Made by a program: the position numbers and the translations under genes. From assembly GCA_052327205.1 (NCBI GenBank), contig CM126212.1, positions 60,636,001-60,700,000 on the forward strand: a stretch of 64,000 bases of DNA, read 5' to 3'. How positions within the stretch are numbered: the first letter of the stretch is position 1; every line of letters starts with the position of its first letter. Positions 12,401 to 24,400 of the stretch are shown in pieces. The stretch comes from Somniosus microcephalus (Eukaryota). The notes under the pieces were generated by a model, which had not been told where the DNA came from, did no database searches, and worked only from the letters and a program-made list of their open reading frames with translations.

Positions 12401-15400
12401 AGTTAGTAATTTTCAGCTAGGGCAACTATAAAGGATAATGAAGTTCAATTCAGCATCCCTAAACGAAGAAGGAAGGGAGGGGGAAGATTAATAATCAGAG
12501 CTCTTGCTTCTCATGGTCCCTCTGCTTTTTTCTTCCTCTCTAACCAGTCTAAAAATGCAGAAAGTTTATACAAATCTTACTGGATCACCAAGTCATTGTT
12601 GCAGTTTTCCTTGCTGATGTGGTGGTTTGGGGCACAAGCATAAATCTTTTCAGTAAACATTTCTGTAATTTCCCCTTTCAACAACTGCTTTATTAGCAAA
12701 GAAAATGGCACTTAAAAATCAGAACGTTTTGTTCAGTTTAAAACAAACTTTACCTTTCATATCATTTTTTAAAACTACTATTCTTTTGTGTCCATGTCCT
12801 TTTATCCAGATGACCTGTTCAAAATGGAGAATATTAAAAAAAAATTAAAAGTTTAAAACCCCACACGTACTAAAAAGTAACAAGTTTATCTGAAAAGCTT
12901 TCCTTCAAATACTGGCTGACATTTAGTGGCTTGGGACAATCCAACTTGTGCCGGTCAAGCTTCTTGTGCTTATGTTCTTTCACATGGTTGTCACTCTAAC
13001 CCAGAATGAAAGCACAAAAAAGTGGCAGAATTTGCCACAATCTGCTCCAAATTCTTTAAGTTCTCTAGTTTAAGACGAAACGTGTCTCCTGGGACAAAAG
13101 AATGGCTCACACACCACTGTGCAAAGTTTAGCTTAAAACTGCACAAAGTCACTTCACAGCGAGAGAGGAGACTTTCATTCGATTAAATTACAGGAAACTT
13201 TGTGCTATCCGCCACCCACGGGACCGAGCTGCTGCCGTTGCCTCAAAACTGCCGTACTCTCCAGAGTTAATGTTGAGAGATACGGAGATTCTTATCTCCG
13301 TATTTGACAACAAACACTGTTGCTTAGCAACAGCTTCTAAACACTCGGGTGTGGCCCTAAAGCTCTGTAGCTGAAGCTGTTGCTATAGCTACAGACCTTG
13401 CACAGCTTGACTGTTCAAACAAAGCAAAAAAAACAAAAAGAATAAAAAACGGCTGCTGATTTTTGCCAGTGGTTCCAGATTGCCGGATAGCACAAAGTTT
13501 CCTGTAGCTAGTTTTGAGCCAATGTCCCAGAGCAGTGTGTTCTAACCCACCATAGCAACCCATCTTCTCCTAGGATGGGAGAGGTTACCAGCTTTGTACA
13601 GGCGATGCACATGATCAGAACAACCAGCAACATCGTGGCTTCATAATCTATATATATATAAAAAAGGATCGTGGTGTCGGTCTGTCTGTGTGGATGTCCG
13701 GGCATCACTCAAAAGTTAGAGCGTACCTACACATATGTTATATCAAAAAAAAGCTTATGATTAGGGGAGTGTCATAGGTGTGGGTGGAGGCGGAGCTGAG
13801 CGGCAGAGCGACTACAAGAGGCCCCAAAGGCTCAGGTAGGCCCCAGTGCGGCATCGGCAGTGGGTGGAAGCGGAGCCGAGCGGCAGAGCGACTACAAGAG
13901 GCCCCAGAGGCGTACCAATCTCCAATCTCAGGGAAGGAGAGAGGTAAAAAGTATTCAAGGTGTAACGTCACCACAAAGCGGGTAAGTGATTGGTTGGTAA
14001 GTATTTCTCCCTTTTTAAGCTTAAATCTCCTTGGTTTATAGTTTCTAAGGTGTGATATTCACCATCTAGAATCGAGGCAGAGGGTATTTAAGAATAATAT
14101 TAATAAATTTAATTAATTACATAGAATGGGAGATCAGGCAATGTGTTGCTGCTGCAATATGTGGGAGCTGGTGGACACCATTGATGCTCACGGTGATCAC
14201 ATTTGCAGTAAGTGTTGGCTGCTCGAGGAATTCCGGCTCCGTGTTGAAGAGCTGGAGACCGAGCTTCAAACACTGAGACACATCAGGGAGGGGGAGAGTT
14301 ACCTGGACTCTGTATCAGGAGGTAGTCACACCAATTAGATTAATTAATTCAGATGTAGTCCGTGGCCAGGGTCAGGATGGCGTGACTAGAAGTGAGGCAG
14401 GTACGGGGATCCAGGAGGTAGTGTTGGAGGAGCCGCAGCCCTTGCACTTGTCCAACAGGTTCGAGGCTCTTACTCCCCGTGAGGATGGGAACAGGGACTG
14501 CAGGGAGGATGAGCAACCTGGCCACAGCACCGTGGAGCGGGGGGCCATTCAAGTGGGGGGAGTTAAAAGAAATGTTGTAGTGGTAGGGGATAGTATCGTT
14601 AGGGGGATAGATAGAGTTCTCTGCAGCCGAGAGCGAGAGTCCCGAAGGCTGTGTTGCCTGCCCGGTGCCAGGGTTAAGGACATCTCCTCTGGACTGGAGA
14701 GAAACTTGGAGGGGGAGGATCCAGTTGTCGTGGTCCATGTTGGTACCAATGACATAGATAGGACAAGGAAGGAGGTTCTGCTGAGGGAGTTTGAGCAGCT
14801 AGGGGCCAAATTAAAAAGCAGAACCACAAGGGTAATAATCTCTGGATTATTACCTGAGCCACGAGCGAATTTGGCTAGGACAAATAAAATTAGAGAGTTA
14901 AATGCGTGGCTCAAAGACTGGTGTGGGAGAAATGTGTTTTGCTTCCTGGGACACTGGCACCAGTACTGGCGCAGGAGGGAGCTGTTCCGTTGGGACGGGC
15001 TTCACTTGGCCAGTGCTGGGACTAGAGTCCTGGCGGATCATATAACTAGGGCTGTAGAGAGGGCTTTAAACTAGCTAGTGGGGGGGGAGGTTCCTAGAGA
15101 GCAAATAATACAAATGACAACAGAGAAGGTCATAGACTTAGGTAGCAGTGGGGAAATTAAAAACCAGAGCATGTCAGGAAGGGGCAGAAGGTATGGAGTA
15201 AAAGGTAAAGTAATAAAAAGGGCAAAAGCAGGAACTAAGTGTCACAAAACATCTTTGAAAGTTCTCTATCTGAATGCACATAGCATTCGTAACAAAATAG
15301 ATGAGTTAATGGCACAAATAACTACATATGGGTATGATGATCTTGTGGCCATTACAGAAACATGGCTGCAGGGTGACAATGCCTGGGAATTAAACATACC

Positions 15401-18400
15401 AGGTTATTTAACGATCAGGAAGGACAGGCAGGAAGGAAGGGGAGGTGGGGTGGCTATGTTAATAAAGGAAGGAATCACTGTAATACAGAGAAATGATATT
15501 GGGTCAAAAGATCAGGATAATGAAACAGTTTGGGTGGAGGTAAGGAATAAGGGGGGAAAAAACACTAGTGGGCGTAGTCTATAGGCCTCCGAACTGTGGC
15601 AACTCTGTTGGACGGAGTATCAATCAGGAAATAGTTGAGGCTTGTAATAAGGGAACATCTATAATTATGGGGGATTTTAACTATCATATTAATTGGACAA
15701 ATCAAATTGGGCAGGGCTGTCTTGAGGATGAGTTCATTGAGTATATTAGGGATGGGTTTCTTGAGCAGTATGTAACTGAACCGACCAGGGGGCAGGCAAC
15801 CTTAGATCTGGTCCTGTGTAACGAGACAGGATTAATTAAAAATGTCCTAGTAAAGGATCCCCTTGGAATGAGTGACCATAACATGGTTGAATTCCATATT
15901 CAATTAGAGGGTGAGAAGGTTGGATCTCAAACAAGCGTGCTAAGCTTGAATAAAGGAGACTATGAAGGTATGAGAGTGGAATTGAGTAGAGTGGATTGGG
16001 AAAATAGATTAAAGGGTAAGACGATACATGATCAGTGGTGTACATTTAAGGAGTTATTTTACAACTTCCAAAAAATATATATTCCACTGAGAAGAAAAGG
16101 GTGTAAAAGAAAAGACAGCCATCCGTGGCTAAGTAAAGAAATTAAGGATAGTATTCGACTAAAAACAAGGGCATATAAGGTAGCCAAATCTAGTGGGAGG
16201 ACAAAGGATTGGGAAAACTTTAAAAGACAGCAAAAAGTAACAAAAAGATTAAGAAAGGGAAGATAGATTATGAAAGTAAATTAGCAAAAAATATAAAAAC
16301 AGATAGTAAGAGTTGTTAGTTTTATATAAAAAGAAAAAGGGTGGCTAAAGTAAATGTTGGTCCCTTAGAGGATGAGACCGGGAAATTAATGGTGGGAAAT
16401 ATGGAGATGGCAAAAACACTGAATGAATATGTTGTATCAGTCGTTACAGTAGAGGACACTAAGAATATCCCAACACTGGACAAACAGGGGGCTAAAGGGG
16501 GGGGGGGGGGGAGAAGAGGAGCTAAACACGATCAAAATCACTAAGGAAGTGGTACTCGGTAAAATAATGGGACTCAAGGCGGATAAATCACCTGGACCTG
16601 ATGGCTTACATCCTAGGGTCTTGAGGGAAGTGGCGGTAGGGATTGTGGATGCATTGGTAATAATTTTCCAAAACTCCCTGGACTCGGCAATGGTCCCGGC
16701 AGACTGGAAAACTGCTAATGTAACACCCTTATTTAAAAAGGGCAGTAGACAGAAGGCTGGAAACTATAGACCGGTTAGCCTAACATCTGTGGTAGGTAAA
16801 ATTTTGGAGTCCATTATTAAGGAGACAGTAACAGGACATTTGGATAATCATAATTTAATAGGACAAAGTCAGCATGGTTTTATGAAGGGTAAGTCATGTT
16901 TGACAAATTTGCTGGAGTTCTTTGAGGAAGTAACATACAGGGTGGATAAAGGGGAACCAGTGGACATAGTGTATTTAGACTTCCAAAAGGCATTTGACAA
17001 GGTGCCACACAAAAAATTATTGCTTAAGATAAAAAATTACGGGATTGGGGATAATATTCTGGCATGGATAGAGGATTGGCTATCTAACAGAAGGCAGAGA
17101 GTTGGGATAAATGGTTCATTCTCAGACTGGCAATCATTAACTAGTGGTGTTCCACAGGGGTCAGTGCTGGGGTCCCCAACTCTTTACAATCTATATTAAC
17201 GATTTGGAGGAGGGGACCGAGTGTAACATATCAAAGTTTGCAGATGATACTAAGATGGGGGGGAAAGTATTGAGTGAGGACATAAAAAACCTTCAAGGGG
17301 ACATAGACAGGCTAAGTAAGTGGGCAGAGATTTGGCAGATGGAATACAATACTGGAAAGTGTGAGGTTATGCACTTTGGCAGGAAAAATTGTAGAGCAAG
17401 TTATTATCTTAATGGCAAGAAACTGGAAAGTACTGAAGTACAAAGGGATCTGGCGGTCCTGGTGCACGAAACTCAAAAGGTTAGTATGCAGGTGCAGCAA
17501 GTGATTAAGAAGGCCAATGGAATGTTGGCTTTCATTGCTAGGGGGATAGAATATAAAAATAGGGAGGTATTGCTTCAGTTGTACAAGGTATTGGTGAGGC
17601 CGCACCTGGAATACTGCATACAGTTTTGGTGTCCATACTTAAGAAAAGACATACTTGCTCTCGAGTCAGTACAAAGGTGGTTCACTCGGTTAATCCCGGG
17701 GATGAGGGGATGGACATATGAGGAGAGGTTGAGTCGATTGGGACTCTACTCATTGGAGTTCAGAAGAATGAGAGGCGATCTTATTGAAACATATAAGATT
17801 GTGAAGGGGTTGGATCGGGTGGATGCAGGGAAGATGTTCCCGATGATGGGTGAAACTAGAACTAGGGGGCACAGTCTTAGAATAAGGGGCTGCTCTTTCA
17901 AAACTGAGATGAGGAGGAGCTACTTCACTCAGAGGGTGGTAGGTCCATGGAATATGCTGCCCCAAAAAGCTGTAGAAGCTACATCATTACATAAATTTAA
18001 AACAGAAATAGACAGTTTCCTAGAAGTAAAGGGAATTAAGGGTTACGGGGAGCGGGCAGGAATTTGGACATGAGTCTAGGTTCGGATCGGACATGGCCCT
18101 GTGGGTAGCGGAGCGGGCCCAGGGGCCGTGTAGCCTGATCCTGCTCCTATTTCGTGTGTCTAATTCTGTTAGATGCAGGAGATGGTTCTGTGATAGTGGA
18201 TTGGCAGTTAGGACCACATCAGCCATGATCTTATTGAATGGCGGAGCAGGCTCGAGGGGCCGATTGGCCTACTCCTGCTCCTATTTCTTATGTTCTTATG
18301 TTGTGTGTATTTACTTTAAAAAAACGTTCAAAAAACGTACAAAATAACCGCACGTCCAGAGAGAGAGGGAAGCGAGCAGGTGAGCGGCGGCGCACCGGGG

Positions 18401-21400
18401 GCTCCGGGTCACCAAGTCGGGATTTTAATTCTCTCTCTCTCTGGTACTCCAGCTAGTATATCATATTTGCCATTCCTCAATGGCCTGGATTTTCCAGTGA
18501 GCAACAAAGGAACAGCTTTCCAAAAAAAAGGTACGGATAACAAGGCATTAAATTTAACATTGCAGCAGTCACTCTTACACAGAATTAGCCACAATCTGCT
18601 CAAAATTCTTTAAGTTCTCTAGTTTAAGACAAAACGTGTCTCCTGGGACAAAAGAATGGTTCACGCACCACTGTGCAAAATTTAGCTTAAAACTGTGCAG
18701 TCACTTCACAGTGAGGAGTGTGTTTAGGGTTCATATTATAGTAATACAGCTAATCTACTACTGCAAGTTTGTTGCACAATCACAGTATGCTGAAACAACC
18801 AGCTGGCCCAGGCAGACTAACTGCTAGCAGGTCCACAGAAATAACTACGGGTTAAATGGCAAGACTACAACAGAAAAAGTCACACATTTTGGCATTGCAC
18901 AGTTTAAAAGTAAACAAACTTATACTTAATGATCTCACTTTACCTGTGGTATCGCAACAAGGAGATCCTCTATGCTTGCATAGCCGTATATTTTAGGCTG
19001 TAGCACTTCACCTGTGTACTTGTGGTAAGTGGAGGGAAATTCGGTCAGAAAGATTTGCTGGTAGTGGTAGGTGTGCAGCAAGGCTCGCACATTCTTAGCA
19101 AACTGGTACACTTTAGTAAGTTTCACATATTCTTCTCCTGTTTCATTAGTGAATACCTGTCACAAATTGACCCAAAAAGATAAAGTTTAATAAGCAGCAT
19201 TCCTCTCCACCATCTAAATCCTGATGCAAGTTACTACAACAGGCAATTAAGGAAACAGGGCAAATTACCACAAAGTAGCAGAGACAAATTACCACAAAGT
19301 AAAAGAGACAATGTCAAAAACCATGAATGAAGTTTAACCCCAAATATATGCCGTTATATCCTTGAGGCAGACTCCACCCGTGTTAAGAATATAAACTTTC
19401 CTTTTTAAATTCAGCTGAAGATTTCTTGTCACACAACAGGCCCTACAATATAAGCGAAAATTTATCTTCTACACAGAGTTGTAGTAAAAAATGGTTTATT
19501 TCACTACATGTTACAATAGGACAGCATTCCCCATGTAAAACTGTAATGTAACTAAACATTTGGGCAAAGAAATGGTTGGTTTTGAACATCCCCCTCAAAA
19601 CAAGGCATAGTGCAAGCAACCCTGGCATTGCAATTGCCAGGGGATTAACAGCACTTCCACTAGGATTTCCCAGTCTGGTACCCTGATTATATCACCATCA
19701 CCTACCGAAACTTTGGCCGGTTGTGTAGGTGAAGATATCATTAAATGGGCACATCCTGACAGTTCAATCCTAGAGGAAGTTACAAGACCTATAAAACACC
19801 CCCTATTGTGCAAGCTGAAAGAATATGGTTGAGGTAATGCATCTTTAATACATAGCCTTGTAAAGAAACAAAAATCTTATTACTCATGTCCAGTACTCTC
19901 CATGTGATCTGGAGAGAAGGGTTTGAGGGATGCTTCACTGCACCCGATGCAGGGGCCTTCCTGTTCTGGGATGAGTTAAGTTTGTATATTGTGGAGACGA
20001 GGGATTCCTTTCAAAGTTTGCATCAAGGTCTTGTGCGCAGTTTGGAATAGATTTCATGAGGCGATAATTGAAGGCAACAAATCAGGCAGTGTGAACCTAT
20101 TGCTTTTGATATAAACTTCAGCATCCGGGAGCCTTAAAAGACCCAAATAGGCCTCAATGCTAAAAAAAACTGGTTGAATGGTTCGATAACTAATACTTTT
20201 GTTAACAAAAACAACTTGCTAAGACTCGAGAGAAAGAAACCTTCCCCATATATCCTTAGGAACTGAAGAGATTTGAAAACTAAAAGCAACAAAATCAAAA
20301 CAAGTAGAAACTTCTGTAGCGCAGGAAAGGACACAACTGCTCCTCAAAATAAGACAAATAGCAGAAAGGTGTGCATCAGATCATGATTATGCTACAGCAA
20401 TAAAGGAAGTGAATTTCCAGAAAAGGAGGACAGCATCATAGGTGAACATGCAGCAATTGCTACTTTGATGTGGAGATTGCACAATATGGAATAAAAGCAG
20501 CTTTCATACATTACCAGAAGCAATTTTGTAACAATGCTAGTTATTAGAGAATTCATACCTCAACCAGGTAAGGCAAACTCTTCAACAGTTCTGCCAAAGA
20601 CATGAAACCATATTCAGAAGGGACAAGAGGATTTCCATAAGAAGAATCAAAATGGTTTTTAAGTTCGTCGATTGTGAGGAGTGAGATACCATCCAGAGAC
20701 ATCAACAACACAAGAAGTTGAGCAGTTAGAGTGCGAAGAGACTTCCTGTTTATCAGCTGGAGCTGCTTACCTGCTGGTGTGCTAGCAATCTTTTGGGGGG
20801 GGGGGGGGAAAAAAAAGTTATACTTAATTCGAAGACACTCAAATAAAACTCCCAATGGGGAAGTCATAACAAAGTAACTAAACAACATACCTTTGCAACA
20901 TGGCAGAGTTTCTGCATAAGCTCTGGAACAGAGTTGACATCATAGTCTTGGAGGCGCAGGGTATATCCATAAGTATTGTTATACTCTGGAAGGAAATCCG
21001 ATAGTATCATACAATTGTCCTTCTGTGACCTAAGCAATTTAACAAGCTGGGACGTCAGTGCTTTAATTTGCTCATTTTCTGTTAAAACAAGGATTTTTTC
21101 CTCTCCACACTCCAGGACCTGTGGACAATATTATCATTTGCATCATAGTTCTTTAAACACTTCATAGAATTCACAAATGCAGTGTGCTGTCTGAAAGAAC
21201 CATCTCAGGTACACAACTGCTCACAGTAGTCTCTAAACTGTGGCAAAACCAACATTTTGTATACTACTACTAAAATGTCCCAAGGCACTTCACAGGAGCA
21301 TTATAAAAGAAAATTTGACAAGAGCCACATAAGGAGATATTAGGGCAGGTGACCAAAAGGTAGGTTTTAAGAAGCATCTTAAGAGGGAAAAGAGGTAGAG

Positions 21401-24400
21401 AGGTTCAGAGAGGGAATTCCACAGCTCAGGGCCTTGGCAGCGGAAGACATGGCCACCAATGGTGGAGCGATTAAAATTGGGACACGCAAGTGGCCAGAAT
21501 TAGGAGTGCAAATATCTCATTTTATTGGGGCAGTTAAAGGTAAGGAGGCTGAAGGCGAGAATAGCTTCAGTGCCCCCAGGTTCTTCCTCAGGTCACTGTA
21601 GGCTATGGTTTGCTGTTAATACTTGGTATGAGATAGTGATTTGGAGACATAACAGTTGTTAAGAGAAGTTCATGATGGGTAGCTGCTTTCGATGGAGAAT
21701 GAGGATCAAAATCAGCAAGGGCATGTTGTGGAGGGAGCTGCAAGTGGGCAGCAGAGAAGGGAGCAGTGGGGAAGAGCTTGCAGCAGCCCTACCCACCTAA
21801 CAGGGTCTATAGACAGAGGCTCAGCTTCCTTGACCTGACGGAGGGGCAGAGCTAACAAAGGCTCAGAATGTGATGTCAGTAGATTGCAGACCTCTGCAGC
21901 CTCCAAGTGTGAAAGACACCACCGTACTCAATTTCTTTTCTCTGGAGATGGTGAGGGTGTTGCAGTCAGCTACACATAAATGCATCAGGCATGTGACAGA
22001 TTATGTAAGGGCAAGCAGGAGGTGGTGGTACTAAAACTACTTATATAGCACCTTTAATGTCGTAAAATGTCTCAAGGCGCTTCACAGGAGCGCAAACAAA
22101 ATCTGACACCAAGCCACATAAGGATATATTAGGCCAGGTGACCAAAAGCTTGGTCAAAGAGTTAGGTTTTAAGGAGCACCTTAAAAAGGAGGAAAGTGAG
22201 GCAGAGAGGTAATTCCAGAGCTTAGGGCCTTGGCACGGCCACCAATGGTGGAGTGATTAAAATCAGGGATGCTCAAGAGGGCAGAATTGGAAGAGCGCAG
22301 ATATCTGAGGGTTATGGGGCTGGAGGAGATTACAGAGATAGGGAGGGCCATGGAGCAACTTGAAAACAAGGATAAGAATTCTTTTTTTTTTAAAAAAAGG
22401 CATTCCTTAACTGGGAGCCAATGTAGGTCAGTGAGCACAGGTGTGATGGGTGAACTGGACTCGGTGCAAGTTAGGACACAGGCAGCAGAGTTTTGAATGA
22501 CCTCAAGATTATGGAGGGTAGAATATGGGAAGCTGGCCAGGAGTGCGTTGGAATACTCAAGTTTAGAGGTAGCAATAAGCATGGATGAGGGTTTTAGCAG
22601 ATGAGCTGAGGCAGGGGCGAAGTCGGGCAATATTCCAGAGGTGGAAATAGGCGATTTTAGTGAGGTAGAAGTTTCAATGAGGATAGATGAAACAAACTGC
22701 TTGCCTTAAATACAGCATCAAGAATAGTCTTAGTTTTGCATCCCATCGCATCTAAAATCAACTGTATGTGGTTCTTGAGCACAGTAAAATCCACATGTAA
22801 GCAAGATATGGGCTAATCTACTTTAACATTTAACTACACATTGTGATACAGTATTTGTATACCATTTAAAAGACATATTAATGAAAATATCACAGCAAAT
22901 GTAGCCTTGTTACACTGTACATTGAATGCATGTCAAATTCAAGGCTTCAAAGAGCTGGGATTGAGTTAAAGTGGAACATTTAAGAGTTGCATACACAACT
23001 CTTGCAAGAATGAATTTAACAATAAGGCCGATTTTTTTAGCTTGTACATTTTACTGGCTGGTCAAAACAAATATTTGTACTCATTCTAATTAGTTTACAG
23101 CATTATATTTAGTCTCCTGTTATTGCTAGGTATCATCTTCAGCTTAAATTTCAACACCACACCAACTTTTCAGGAATACTGCAATGATAAAAGTGACTAC
23201 CACCACACCAACTTTTCAGGAATACTGCAATGATAAAGGTGACTACCAAGTTTTAATAATACTGTACTAGATATGCATAAATAACAAGCCAGGATGACTG
23301 AAAAGGAGTAGCCTCAATTTTAGTTTAATAGCAATGAGAACACATGGTTTGAATTTCCAGAAACTGTTCAACTTTTGTTTGAATGTCACCACATTCCTGG
23401 CTTACTGAAGTCAGCTATCTAGTTCACATGCCCTTATGCTCACCTGCAACACATCAGGTATAGCTTCAAACAGTTCCATGAGTTTGTTAAATCCATAGTA
23501 AGTGAGTTTGCACTGGCGTCCAAAGTGGTGGTGGTATGTCGGTATAAATTTGCTAAAGGGCATACGACAATGAGACTGATGTCGCAGCAAGTCCACTACC
23601 TCTTTTGCAAACTGCTTTGTCCTCTCTATTTCCTCTGGAGTACGTTCTAAATTAAAATGCAATATCTTTTTAAAAGATTGAACACGGTTTACAGCTTTCA
23701 AAAACATTTATCATAAAAAGTTACTCAATAATAATGCTAAATCCAACAGCATATTAAAGTGAAACCATAAATGGTAGATGTACAATCTGGAATAGTTCTA
23801 GAAATATTAGTAAACTACCTGTGGCATTACCCTTGGTCAGTTGATGAATGGAAGTGTATTTTTAATTATTTTTTAGATACATATACACAACATATATATT
23901 TTAATAACATGTACACACATGCACATACAAATGCATACACAAGATGGAGAAATTGAAGGGAATTTCAGAAACGAGCTCCTCAGCACCATCTACTGGACTG
24001 AGCCCGCAACTACATTGTTACAGACAACTGCTTACATACAGGATTTCCATTCTAAATGTTTATATAAGCAGCTTCTATGTTAAATGTATGGGCATGGTAG
24101 TTTAGTAGTTAGGATACTGGACTAGCAATCCAGAGGTTGCAATTTCAAATCCCATCCTGGCAAGTTGTGAAACTGAAATCAATGAACCAGTAATTTGTGG
24201 GCACTGGAAAATGATCATGAAAGTTGCTGGATGGTCGTAAAACCCACACAGTTCACAAATTTCCTTCGGAAAATGGAACCTACCACCCTTACCCGGTCTG
24301 GTCCACATGAGGCTCTAGTCTCACACTATGTGGTTGACTCTTCATGCTTCAGAGCAACTAGGCATGGTAATAAACCCCAAGAACAAATAAAAACAAGAGG

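Larger units (their letters stand above)
13760..18300 (+). mobile_element. Near-full-length CR1 (HER1-type) LINE, inactivated
   Basis: 5'UTR with tandem GAGCGGCAGAGCGACTACAAGAGGCCCC; ORF1, ORF2 (APE and RT), 3' stem-loop, (TTCTTATG)2 tail. Confidence 0.96.
13647..18456 (+). mobile_element. Non-autonomous Helitron, split by CR1
   Basis: Begins A|TCTATATATATATAAAA, ends GGTACTCCAGCTAG|T; the halves rejoin across the CR1 at cttatg. Confidence 0.72.

Noticed and set aside
12581-12710. Extra MARF1 exon with an open frame and a gtaag donor
   Set aside because: Would need a 43-nt intron, and its end phase (2) does not match the next exon (1).
13027-13163. Duplicated H/ACA snoRNA or hammerhead
   Set aside because: The ACA-NNN end is antisense to the host transcript, and the GAAAC motif is not kept in the second copy.
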